Below are positions 52,118-61,438 of a DNA stretch of 64,000 nucleotides, piece by piece. How positions within the stretch are numbered: the first letter of the stretch is position 1; each line of letters starts with the position of its first letter. This DNA is from Chloroflexota bacterium (GTDB lineage Bacteria; Chloroflexota; UBA11872; VXOZ01): NCBI GenBank assembly GCA_963663275.1, contig OY760183.1:2176001-2240000 (forward strand). The letters are read 5' to 3'. The notes beneath the pieces are model-generated. The model did no database searches and was not told where the DNA came from. It saw only the letters and a program-made list of their open reading frames with translations. The position numbers were made by a program, and so were the translations under genes.

Positions 52118-52894
52118 ATGCGCGCATTTGTCATTGCCGGAAACTGGAAGATGAATAAGCCGCTGCCTGAAGCCGTGGCGCTGGCGGAAGGCATGAAAGC
52201 GGAATTGAGCGGCATGTCGGAAATTGACATAATCATTTGCCCTCCCTTCATCGCCCTCGACGCGGTGCGCGGCGCGGTGGAGGATACGGCGATCGCCGTC
52301 GGCGCGCAGAACATGCACTGGGAGGCCGCCGGAGCCTACACGGGAGAGGTCTCCCCCCAGATGCTGCAAGCCCTGTGCAGCCACGTGATCATCGGTCATT
52401 CGGAGCGGCGGAGCCACTTTGGCGAGACCGACGACGTGGTAAACCGCAAGGCCATCGCGGCCATCGCGCACGGGCTGACCCCCATCGTGTGCGTCGGCGA
52501 GACTGACGCCGAGAATCGCGCCGGCGAGACCCAGGCGGTGCTCACCCGCCAGACGACGCGGGCGCTCGCCGGATTGTCGGCGCAACAAGCCGCGTCGGTT
52601 ATCGTGGCGTACGAGCCGGTGTGGGCGATTGGCACGGGCCGCGCCGCCGCGCCGGAGGATGCCAACGCTACCATTGGGCAGGTACGGGATGTGATCAGGG
52701 GCGAGTTCGGCGCCGGCGCGGCGGACGCGGTGCGTATCCTCTACGGCGGCAGCATCAACCCAGGCGTGTGGCCGGACGTCATCGCCCAACCGGAAGTGGA
52801 CGGCGGCCTGGTCGGCGGCGCGAGCTTGAACGCCGAGGATTTTGTGGCGTTGGCCGCACAAACCCGGGCGGCGTCTTGCGCGAGTTCTAGCTAG
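52118..52894 (+). CDS. tpiA: Triosephosphate isomerase
   Basis: AGNWKMN, GHSERR, AYEPVWAIGTG, LYGGS, LVGGASL. Confidence 0.97.
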   Translation: MRAFVIAGNWKMNKPLPEAVALAEGMKAELSGMSEIDIIICPPFIALDAVRGAVEDTAIAVGAQNMHWEAAGAYTGEVSPQMLQALCSHVIIGHSERRSHFGETDDVVNRKAIAAIAHGLTPIVCVGETDAENRAGETQAVLTRQTTRALAGLSAQQAASVIVAYEPVWAIGTGRAAAPEDANATIGQVRDVIRGEFGAGAADAVRILYGGSINPGVWPDVIAQPEVDGGLVGGASLNAEDFVALAAQTRAASCASSS

Positions 52895-52948
52895 CGCCCT
52901 TCGACCGGAGTGGTGGCTTGCGTGGCGTGTGCCGAAACGCGCGCCGCT

Positions 52949-55105
52949 CTAGCCTGTGCGCACGTGCAAGACCGCGAACTGAGAGGGACCCAAAGAGGTG
53001 ATGATCAGGTTTTCGCGGGTGCGAACGGGCGCGCCGGACCACACTTCCTCTACTGACAGGCGTGCGCTGCCGGACACTCCGGGCGCTAGCTCGATTAAGA
53101 TTTCCTGCTCGTTGTCAGCGCCGTTCAGCAGGAGCAGAAGCATCTCTCTGGAGCTCTTCAGCCAGTAGCCGTAGAATGTGCTCGGCGGCTGGACGATGAG
53201 ACGCTCTTGGTTCCGCCAGTAGGGATGCCAGTTCGCATTGCCGAAGCCCAAACTCAGGCGCAATTCTTCCAGGCGGGCCAGGCTCTCGAGGGGAGCGGAG
53301 GGTCCGAGTTCTTCCGGCCAAAGCGACGTGTTGTACACGGCCGCCAAGGCGAACAATTCCTGGTCGGTCGTCAGTTCTGCGCGTCTGTAGATTTCAAGGG
53401 GCGCGGGTAAGCGCGCGTCTGCCGCGGACATCTGGAAGAGCGTTGGCACGCCATGGATCACGTGACCGTAGAGGTAAGGTATCTGCTCGGGTTGCCAACG
53501 TCTTGCAAGTCCCTCGCCGCCGAGACCGCCGAAAGTGATGGACTTGTAGATGTTGAATCCCGTGACAAGCAGATCGGCAAAGCCGTGAATCATGCTCCAG
53601 GGCATGGGAGTGTGCACTATCACGATCCCGTCCTCATCTCGTTCGCGCAGACCGCCGTGGAAGAGCGCATAGATTCTTTGCAACAGGTCGCGCCGGCCAT
53701 GGATGTCCAGCGCGCCCTCCGTTCCCGGCTGGCGTTCACTCTGAAGCAAAATCCGCGCGGACGGTTCGCCGATGTGCACGCTCACGCCATCAATCGGAAA
53801 CTCCGTAGCAAACGCGCGGATTGACTCTTCGAAGAACGCCGCCGATTGTTCCGTATGGAACAGCAACGGCGCCACATCGTCTGGCGGTTGAGGCACGTTC
53901 GCTATGGACGTGTGGAGCGCATGCGGCGTGTCGGCTACAACCTTTGCCGCGCCGGGGACGCGTACGGAAAGGGAGTCCGCGGAGATAGAGGGCAGCACCT
54001 TCAGCCCTACGTCATGGGTCAGATCAACCATCTCGCGAAAGGCGCGCTCATTCTCAGCGTTTTCGAAGTATGGAAACCCCGGAACGTCCGACCACCCTTC
54101 GTCCAGGACGATGGCCTCGGCGCCTTGATCCCGCAGAGACTCCAGCGTTTGGCGCGTATCGGTTGTCGTATCCATCGGGTACTGCGCTATCATCCTCTCG
54201 TCTTCCGGCCACCACTCCACGCGCACCGGCTTGACGGCGGTCTTGCTACTTACATTTGGGATTACGGGTGTTGGCTGAATGCCAAAGTCGAGATGGATCG
54301 TATCCGGCATGTCCAGAGGGCCGTTGACGAGTTCAACAAGGAGACGCATTGCACCCTCAACCGGACGCAACTGTACCAGGGTGAGCGGCTGCCGGTCCTG
54401 CTGTAGAGCGATCTTGTCGGTGAACCAAACGATGCCCCGCTCTGGATTGCCCACCCAAAAGTGAGGGGTTGAGTCTCCCGACCAACCGTTATCGGGAATG
54501 CGCCCGCCACCCCAGACTGCCCTTGTGTCTCCCAAGAACGCTCGTGAGGCGAAATCGATTGGGCCGGGACCCAGCAGGTGGTGGGCGTAGTGGGTGGTGT
54601 GCTCGCCGAGTATAGGCACGTCGAGCAGGACGGAGTCGATGGTGATGACGCCCTGGGGGATGAGGCTGACGCGCATGCGGCACATGCCGTCGTAACTGAT
54701 GGTGACGCGGGCCTGGGCGACGAGATCGCCGGCGTTGCCCCGCGCCAGCAATTCTACCTCGGTCGCGTCAATCGAGATTACACGCGCCCGCTGCCAGGCG
54801 AGCAGTTCGTCCTGGATGCGCACGTCCAGCTTGACCGCGTCGAAGAGGAACTCGGCGCCGTTCACCTCCAGGCTGGTGGGCAGCGGGCCGGCGTCGAACC
54901 GGTAGCGGTGCCCGGCGACCTCGACCGCCGTGCCCCGCACGACCAGCGGTTCCCAGGGCGGCGGCAGGGGAGACTGCCCCAAGCCCTGCTGGACGGACAC
55001 GAGCGGATCGTGGCCGCGGGCCGGTCCGCCGCAGGCCGCTAGACCGAGAGCGGCCCCACCGGCGAGCACTGCGCGGCGGCTGAATTGAGGGGCGGGTGGC
55101 GCCAT
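52949..55105 (-). CDS. Tat-exported lipoprotein, putative glycoside-hydrolase-like (DUF6067-type) protein
   Basis: SRRAVL plus LAACG; beta-sandwich N-half (FWVGNPERGIVWF, FGIQPTP), barrel-like middle, WHPYWRN near the C-terminus. Confidence 0.6.
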   Translation of the reverse strand: MAPPAPQFSRRAVLAGGAALGLAACGGPARGHDPLVSVQQGLGQSPLPPPWEPLVVRGTAVEVAGHRYRFDAGPLPTSLEVNGAEFLFDAVKLDVRIQDELLAWQRARVISIDATEVELLARGNAGDLVAQARVTISYDGMCRMRVSLIPQGVITIDSVLLDVPILGEHTTHYAHHLLGPGPIDFASRAFLGDTRAVWGGGRIPDNGWSGDSTPHFWVGNPERGIVWFTDKIALQQDRQPLTLVQLRPVEGAMRLLVELVNGPLDMPDTIHLDFGIQPTPVIPNVSSKTAVKPVRVEWWPEDERMIAQYPMDTTTDTRQTLESLRDQGAEAIVLDEGWSDVPGFPYFENAENERAFREMVDLTHDVGLKVLPSISADSLSVRVPGAAKVVADTPHALHTSIANVPQPPDDVAPLLFHTEQSAAFFEESIRAFATEFPIDGVSVHIGEPSARILLQSERQPGTEGALDIHGRRDLLQRIYALFHGGLRERDEDGIVIVHTPMPWSMIHGFADLLVTGFNIYKSITFGGLGGEGLARRWQPEQIPYLYGHVIHGVPTLFQMSAADARLPAPLEIYRRAELTTDQELFALAAVYNTSLWPEELGPSAPLESLARLEELRLSLGFGNANWHPYWRNQERLIVQPPSTFYGYWLKSSREMLLLLLNGADNEQEILIELAPGVSGSARLSVEEVWSGAPVRTRENLIITSLGPSQFAVLHVRTG

Positions 55106-55199
55106 GGGTCTTTGCCGTTCTGGCTCCTGCTTCAAATTGCTATGCGGTTACGGGCATCCTGTCCGCGTGTTACGCCGCGTGACCGTGCGCCGCGCGCAG

Positions 55200-55628
55200 T
55201 CAGCCGACTTCGGGATGGGCGCTCCACGTGGTAAACGGCGCGTCTGACGCCGGAAGCGTGATGTCGGCGACTTGACCGGGCGCAAGGTCAACCGGCGTCG
55301 TCGGCCCTAACTCGGTCCCATTCGATAGATGAACTTCGACCCGGACCTGCCGCAGCGTCGCGTCGGTGGTGTTCTCCACCGTGCCCATAAAGGCGTTGGC
55401 GTCGGCGTCATACGCCAGGATCAGCCGCGCGCCGGCCCGCACCGCATCGTACGTCTCATCCAATGCGAGCTGGGTACCGGCCTCTTCTCCATCTTCGCGA
55501 GACTCGGAGCCGCCGTTGTGCTCCCGGGACTCCCCGGCGTGCTCACCCGATTCGCCGCTCGCGCAGGCGGCAAAGGCCAGCGCCACGATGAGGCCGAGCG
55601 CCGCGAGAAAAAGCGCGCAATTCCGCAT
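55200..55628 (-). CDS. Small lipoprotein with acidic linker and beta-rich C-terminal domain
   Basis: LAFAAC lipobox; GTVENTT..TL.QVRVEVHLSNGTELGPT. Confidence 0.7.
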   Translation of the reverse strand: MRNCALFLAALGLIVALAFAACASGESGEHAGESREHNGGSESREDGEEAGTQLALDETYDAVRAGARLILAYDADANAFMGTVENTTDATLRQVRVEVHLSNGTELGPTTPVDLAPGQVADITLPASDAPFTTWSAHPEVG

Positions 55629-55697
55629 TGATGAATCCTCTTTCGTATGGCGCAGCCGCGGCGCCGCTGGAGAGCGCCCGTCGCCCATTGACCCCAT

Positions 55698-56120
55698 CTA
55701 GTCCGTGGATAGCTCGCAGTCCAACTGCCAGTTGATGCCGTATTTGTCAGTGCAGGAGCCGAAGTACGCGCCCCAGAACGTCTCCTGCAGCGGCATCGTC
55801 ACCGTGCCGCCCGCGGAGAGCTTGGCAAACAGCGCATCGGATTCCTCTTTGCTGGACGTGGAATAGGAGAGCGAGAAATTGCTGCCTACGGTTGGCGGCG
55901 GCGCAAAGCTGGCCGGCATGTCGCTGCCCATGAGAATGCTATCCCCGATGGACAAGGTGGCGTGCATGATCTTGTCCCGGTCCGATTCCGCGATCTCCAT
56001 GTCGGCTGGGCCGTCGGCGAAGGTCTGGATGATCAGGTACTCGCCGCCAAACACGGTGCGATAGAAGTCGAAGACTTCACGGCAGTTGTCGGTGAAGGTC
56101 AAGTAGACGTTGAGCGGCAT
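55698..56120 (-). CDS. VOC family protein, PhnB-like
   Basis: YLTF.DNCRE..DFY..VFGG, IMHATL, MPLQETFWGAYFG..TDKYGINW. Confidence 0.9.
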   Translation of the reverse strand: MPLNVYLTFTDNCREVFDFYRTVFGGEYLIIQTFADGPADMEIAESDRDKIMHATLSIGDSILMGSDMPASFAPPPTVGSNFSLSYSTSSKEESDALFAKLSAGGTVTMPLQETFWGAYFGSCTDKYGINWQLDCELSTD

Positions 56121-56597
56121 GGGTTCCTCCAGGTGGGATTGACGGACGCAAGGTTTGACCGCATCGGCGCAGTTCTCAGCGCGCTTATCCGGTCAACCCG
56201 CAACCGGAACGTGAGGGAATTGGACCCTGGCCAAGCACATCCGGACAGCGCGCCCAGTCCACCTGCTGGCGCGGAGTTCCAGAGTTGCTACGCCCGCCGG
56301 TGCGCGCGGTCTCGAGGCGAATGTCCCTATGAATCAGTGTACCCCATTCGCGGCGGCTGTGCGAGACGGGAGGGCGCAAAATTGAAAGTTGAGTAACTCT
56401 CCGTCCGGGACTCTCTTTGCGCTAACTCCGTTGGTGTGCACGTCCTTGGGGCCGGTTTCCACCTGGCAAGAGACGCTCGATTCCTCGAAGAAGGTAATGG
56501 ACAACTCGTGAAATATCGCCTACAATGAAAGGAACCGGCGCCCTGATTGGCGCGCCGTTGCTTTTCACTGTCGGACTATTCGCAAAGGAGCGTACAC

Positions 56598-57419
56598 ATG
56601 TCTGACCGTCCAGAGGCGGAATCTTCTTACACGATGGGCTATGGGGAAGATTTTCTCCAGCTACTTCACAAACGGAGCGCCCAGACGAACGCCGCGGGGC
56701 TGCTGCCTCATCTCAAGCCGGGCCAACGGCTGCTGGACTTTGGCTGTGGGCCGGGGACGATCTCGGTGGGTCTCGCCAAGGCGGTGGAGCCCGGCGAGTT
56801 TCACGGCATCGACATGGAAGAGTCGCAGATCGACATTTGCCGGGCCGCCGCCGCGGCGGGCGGCCACGACAACGCCGCCTTCCACGTGGGCGACGTGACC
56901 AAAATGCCTTTTGAAGACAATTACTTCGACGCTGCCTTCTGCCACACCGTGCTGACCCACGTGCCGGACACCGCGGCGGCCGTCGCCGAGGCGAAGCGCG
57001 TCTTGAAACCGGGGGGTCTGCTCTTCAGCCGCGAACTGATCGTCGATTCCTCGTTTCTCGAACCCGGTGAGGAGGATACCCGCTCGGCGTGGGATACGTT
57101 CGCCAAGCTGCTCCAGGGCAACGGCGGCCATCCGAACATGGGCAAAGAGTTGCGGGCGGTCTTCCACGAGGCCGGTTTGGCCGACGTGTGCGCCAGCGCC
57201 TCATTCGACTACTTCGGCACCACCGAGGACGCCACTTTCTTCTGTAACTTCATCCTGGATTGGTTCTGCGCGCCTACGGTCATCGGCGCGGCGGTCAAGT
57301 ACGGCGTGGCCACGGAAGAGCAGTTCGACGAGTGGCGGCGCAATCTGGAGGAGTGGAAGACGATGCCGGGCGCGCTGGGCGGCATGGCGTTTGGCGAGTG
57401 TATGGGAACCAAACCGTAG
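56598..57419 (+). CDS. Class I SAM-dependent methyltransferase (UbiE-like)
   Basis: LLDFGCGPGTI, GIDM, PFEDNYFD, RVLKPGG; AAGGAG RBS. Confidence 0.9.
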   Translation: MSDRPEAESSYTMGYGEDFLQLLHKRSAQTNAAGLLPHLKPGQRLLDFGCGPGTISVGLAKAVEPGEFHGIDMEESQIDICRAAAAAGGHDNAAFHVGDVTKMPFEDNYFDAAFCHTVLTHVPDTAAAVAEAKRVLKPGGLLFSRELIVDSSFLEPGEEDTRSAWDTFAKLLQGNGGHPNMGKELRAVFHEAGLADVCASASFDYFGTTEDATFFCNFILDWFCAPTVIGAAVKYGVATEEQFDEWRRNLEEWKTMPGALGGMAFGECMGTKP

Positions 57420-57700
57420 GGCGCGCGCTCCGCGCGAAGTAGCTCTGCATGGCGTGGGGCTGTTGCGGCCCAGCCTTTGGTTGAACCCAAAGTCCGGGAC
57501 CGTGGTGCGGGAGCTCGCGCTCAGTTGGGCCGGGTGTGCGCCAATTTCCCGGTCGTCGGCGCGGGGAACGTGGCGCGTCCGGAGCCAGCGTAAATTGCGG
57601 GCCGAACGCGCGCTGGACAAGTCTGCGCCGCGTCGCGGGGGAGAGACCGTCAACCCCGCGCGAATGAGATGCCTCAGGCCCTATTCGCCGGTATCCGTCG

Positions 57701-58135
57701 TCATCGCGTCTTAGACTCTTCCCGGAAAGGATTGATGACGCGCAGGCCAGCGTAGTCTTGGTCTGCGCTCAGGTCTTCGGAATAGACCGCTTCACAACCC
57801 AAGGCACGGGCCGCAGCGAGTATCGCTCCGTCCCAATATGAGATTCCGAATCGGCGGCTGATTGTAATCCCGGCATGGAAAACGTCGAGAGTGACTGCCT
57901 GAATGGGAAAGCGCCTGAGGGTCTCGATGAATTGCAATGCGTGTTCCGAGGTGATTGCCTCGCGGCGGGAAGCGCGCGTTGACTGGTGATAGAATTCCTG
58001 CAGAACTTGCACAGAAAGGGCGAGGTCGTTCGAATTCAACAACGCTACGGCTCTACGCCGTTTGTGGGTGTCCTCTGACAGCGCGCTTACTGCATATAGC
58101 AGGATGTTGGTGTCAACGAAGCGCATCGCGCTCAC
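57701..58135 (-). CDS. vapC: PIN-domain (VapC) toxin
   Basis: FVDTNILLYA, VLQEF, SYWDGAI, YSEDL, INPF. Confidence 0.9.
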   Translation of the reverse strand: MSAMRFVDTNILLYAVSALSEDTHKRRRAVALLNSNDLALSVQVLQEFYHQSTRASRREAITSEHALQFIETLRRFPIQAVTLDVFHAGITISRRFGISYWDGAILAAARALGCEAVYSEDLSADQDYAGLRVINPFREESKTR

Positions 58136-58473
58136 CCGGGTGCCGGTTCTTGTGGTTCCATGATGGCCGTCTCTTGGGCTTCTCGCCTGGCTCGGGAGCG
58201 GTTGTAGAGTTCTTCACGCTGCACGTTCTCGGCCATGCGCAAGCCGCCGCCATTGGCAGTGATTTCCTCAATCACCTCGTTCATGCGTTTTCGTTGCACT
58301 TCAAACGCATCCTCCGGCGTTCGTTGCAATGCCCTGTGCTCCTTGGACTGCTCAACGGCCAGGCGCTTGAGATAGCCGCGCACGAGGGCCGAGACCGACG
58401 TATCCAGTTCCGCCGCCCGGATGCGGGCGCGCCGGTGGGTCTCCTCGTCAACGGATACGGTAATGTTCTTCAT
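58132..58473 (-). CDS. Ribbon-helix-helix antitoxin (VapB-like)
   Basis: MKNITVSVDEE...ARIRAAELDTSVSALVR; 4-nt overlap with the PIN gene. Confidence 0.85.
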   Translation of the reverse strand: MKNITVSVDEETHRRARIRAAELDTSVSALVRGYLKRLAVEQSKEHRALQRTPEDAFEVQRKRMNEVIEEITANGGGLRMAENVQREELYNRSRARREAQETAIMEPQEPAPG

Positions 58474-58772
58474 GGGCACAGTCTCACAGTTTCTGTGAAT
58501 CACAGTATACCGGGACCGGCGCGCTATGCTCAAGAATGCCGGCCGGCGCGGACTCTTTCCGGGCGCCATCAAATGCCGGTTGCTTCCAACGGGTGTTCTT
58601 GTGCAAAGGCATCAGGAGACTTCTCTGGGAAGCGTGCCGCCGCCGCGCACCCCCAACCTGCCCGACGCTGCATCGGCAACTAGCCTCGTGCGGCACTCCG
58701 CCGGCAGTTCGAGCTGCCGTTTGGCAGGATCAATAGTTACATCCACCCCGACGGTGGCCTTGTCAGGAAACC

Positions 58773-59045
58773 TTACTTCTCGGTCAGCCGGCCGGATAGG
58801 TACTTGTGGATGACGCTGGAGAGCAGTGTCTGGTAGGGTATGCCTTCTTCCCTGGCCCGGGCGTGAGCGAGATTGTAGTCGCGCTCGGTTACCCGCAAGT
58901 TCACGCGCTTGGTCTTGTTGAACGTATTGCGCGCCGCCTGGCGAGCCGTCTCAAGTTCGCGTTCGGCCTCTGGAGCGGATTGCAATGTGCCGTGCTCGAA
59001 GCGCTCGAGTATGTCGCGCTCTTCCGCGCTCATCTCCTCGCTCAT
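58773..59045 (-). CDS. BrnA/CopG-like antitoxin
   Basis: KRVNLRV...AREEGIPYQTLLSSVIHKY. Confidence 0.85.
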   Translation of the reverse strand: MSEEMSAEERDILERFEHGTLQSAPEAERELETARQAARNTFNKTKRVNLRVTERDYNLAHARAREEGIPYQTLLSSVIHKYLSGRLTEK

Positions 59046-59227
59046 GATAGCTGCTTCCTCCGGTAGTCTCTCGTCGCCTTCCGGCTGGGGATGATCGTCT
59101 TCAGAAAGCGGGTGCCGTCGGTCTGCGTCACGAAAGGCACCAGGTAAATGTACTCATCGCTTTCAACAACGTAGATCATCTGCCCCGGGTAGCGATCCTG
59201 GTTCGGGTGCTTCAGCACGACTACCAA
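59042..59227 (-). pseudogene. N-terminally truncated BrnT-like toxin
   Basis: Retains HPNQDRYPGQ...YIYLVPFV...FLKTIIPSRKAT; in-frame upstream sequence is unrelated and closed by TGA, with no W-x-x-x-K-N start segment. Confidence 0.7.
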
Positions 59228-59284
59228 ACCAGTCCACGCCGGAAGGTCGGTAGTGGGCTTAGGTCGGTTGTAGCATGGGAGATT

Positions 59285-59662
59285 TCATGTTTGGTCAGGT
59301 CGGAATTGCCAGCCTCTTTCGCTGGCGCTTCGGGCTAGCGTTTTTCCCACTTTCTTTGACATATTGCCTGATAGGCCGGCAAAATCAATGTAAGCATGCT
59401 CTCTGTAAGGCTCAGAGTCGAGGACTACCTTTCTGCCATGAGCGACGCATTCTCCAACCGTCACAGCCATCACCCCATCGGATTGGTAGCCACACTCCTG
59501 TGTAAAGTGATACCAAGAGTCCTCAGCGGCAATCTGATCTCCGTCGTATACGGAGAGCCTACCCTTGTCCTTGTCTGTAGGGGTAAATGCTTGGGATGAG
59601 ACTCTATTTCCCCTCACAAAATTAGGGTGAATTTGCCGGAGAAGCAAAGTGCTATCATTCAC
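59285..59662 (-). CDS. Hypothetical protein, possible ADP-ribosyltransferase-fold toxin
   Basis: LLLRQ / SSQAF / LSV / EHAYI pattern (R-S-H); GTGA overlap with the upstream gene; low GC. Confidence 0.6.
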   Translation of the reverse strand: MNDSTLLLRQIHPNFVRGNRVSSQAFTPTDKDKGRLSVYDGDQIAAEDSWYHFTQECGYQSDGVMAVTVGECVAHGRKVVLDSEPYREHAYIDFAGLSGNMSKKVGKTLARSASERGWQFRPDQT

Positions 59663-60549
59663 TCCGCTGTTGACCCCAATTCACGAATTTCCCGATATAT
59701 CCACCCCCATGCGGCTTCATCATCAAGACCTAGAGCTTGTTCGCTGCTAAAATTGGTCTGCAAGTTGACGCAGTGCCACTCGGCAATGTGACTGGTGAGG
59801 TCTACTTCCAAGCTTACTTCATTGGCACCCAGAGACCACTCGGCTTGCACCCCACCCTCCGGCGTTGGATAGAGGTAAGGCCGTGGGAGACTGCGGGCAT
59901 AGTGAGCGTGGAACTGCACGGCTAACCAGTCGAGACCTTTGTGACTTGGTGCTACTCCGTATTGCTCGCCCCATTCAGTGGCAGACTGCATGCCATCTGC
60001 CCAACCATCCTCTAGGTACTTCATGTCCTCCAACTGCCGAGCAATATCCAATGCGTCGGCAGCCGAAGTATCTTCAAGACTCTGGTCTTTCGACTTCTGT
60101 TGCCAAAGGTCTTCCAATGGTCCTACGGCTGCAACTCTCCACACATCTGTTCCTGAAGTTAGTTGGCTATGGCTGTGGGGAGTCGTGAACACAATCTCGA
60201 CAACAGGAGTCTGCGCCTGTTGCCGAAGGGACTCTATAGCCTTGTCTACGTTAGCGCCCCAACGATCAAATCTAAAGTAGAACTGGTTAGAATTGGGTCG
60301 AGCTAGCAACACGATATCGATCTCTGGCTCGATCACAGGATCATTCCAGTCGCAATCCACCGCATTAGCCGTGAGTGTGCTGATATGCCCATGCGCATCA
60401 GTGTTCCGACCCGCCAACGTGGAGCGAAAGTCGTGGCGGAAAGAACTCAAGACTGGGTCGGACCAGAGCGCATCTTCACCCTTCCCTGTGGTACCTTTAG
60501 GGGCTTTAGAGGGATTACCGCGTTCCTGGGAAGCAGTAATGGCTTTCAT
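59659..60549 (-). CDS. Hypothetical protein; C-terminal domain with DGWADG and PTPEGGVQAEW motifs
   Basis: ATG 60549 overlaps the upstream stop (ATGA); low GC. Confidence 0.65.
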   Translation of the reverse strand: MKAITASQERGNPSKAPKGTTGKGEDALWSDPVLSSFRHDFRSTLAGRNTDAHGHISTLTANAVDCDWNDPVIEPEIDIVLLARPNSNQFYFRFDRWGANVDKAIESLRQQAQTPVVEIVFTTPHSHSQLTSGTDVWRVAAVGPLEDLWQQKSKDQSLEDTSAADALDIARQLEDMKYLEDGWADGMQSATEWGEQYGVAPSHKGLDWLAVQFHAHYARSLPRPYLYPTPEGGVQAEWSLGANEVSLEVDLTSHIAEWHCVNLQTNFSSEQALGLDDEAAWGWIYREIRELGSTAE

Positions 60550-61217
60550 CGCGTTCCCTGATCCAATCGAGTGGCGAAACTGTTGGCCTTTTCCCAAATC
60601 TCCTGAAGATCTCGGCTGATCTCATCAACATCGGGGATTCGATGTTCTTGCCTATGGTAATTCACGGCCATGAATACTCGCGTCGCACTTTCCTCACCGA
60701 ATCTTGGCTCAACCCGCACGGTCCACCGTCCAGTGGGAGAATCGAGCAGAATTTGTCCCAATCCGCCGGCTAGCTCCATGTCACCGTTGACTAAAGCAAC
60801 CCTATCAAAGAGCCGTTGGCCGAGATACTGGATGGCTGATTGCCCAGAGGTCTGGTTATACACCAACTCAATGTTGTAACCAAACGCCTGAGGACTTTGA
60901 CCCTGAGTATCTGTGTGCTTGAGGGCACAGCACACGATATCAGACAGTCTCTTCAAGTCTGCTTTGGCAGGGTATTCCCGCTGAATGGTCGTACGCGCGG
61001 AGGAAGATTCCAGAGACACTCTCTCTCTAGGCAAATCGAATTTGCGACCAGCTTCCAGGGACACATCCTGTAGGCCCAACACAACCGCCCCCGCCGCACT
61101 TCGAACCTCTGCGTTGATTGAATTCTGGAAATCCTCGAGCTCCTTCGGAGTGTTGAGCAATCCAATGCCCAACAAGACTACATTCGCATTCAATACATCC
61201 TGTATTTCCACAGTCAC
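60546..61217 (-). CDS. Hypothetical protein, TIGR04255-like alpha/beta family
   Basis: 223-aa low-GC ORF, NVVLLG...AFGYNI...AVNYH pattern; first gene of the coupled triplet. Confidence 0.55.
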   Translation of the reverse strand: MTVEIQDVLNANVVLLGIGLLNTPKELEDFQNSINAEVRSAAGAVVLGLQDVSLEAGRKFDLPRERVSLESSSARTTIQREYPAKADLKRLSDIVCCALKHTDTQGQSPQAFGYNIELVYNQTSGQSAIQYLGQRLFDRVALVNGDMELAGGLGQILLDSPTGRWTVRVEPRFGEESATRVFMAVNYHRQEHRIPDVDEISRDLQEIWEKANSFATRLDQGTR

Positions 61218-61438
61218 GGTTTTACTCCCAGAGTCTGGCTTTCATCAGCAAATGAGGTGCAGTGGACGCGAACGTCAATATGCTATCTAGTGAGTTGCTC
61301 CGTCCCAATACAATAGCATCACTCTTGACCACCAACAACCTCTGCCAGCAAGCCTTCGGTTTCCTTCTCTAATTCCAGTATATCACCCCGGATTCAATCT
61401 AGCGGGTGGGACTTGGGCCATTTACCACGTACATCCCA

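Noticed and set aside
56121-56597. Structured ncRNA in long intergenic gaps (also 57420-57700, 43263-43727)
   Set aside because: No recognisable RNA family motif or convincing extended structure by eye.
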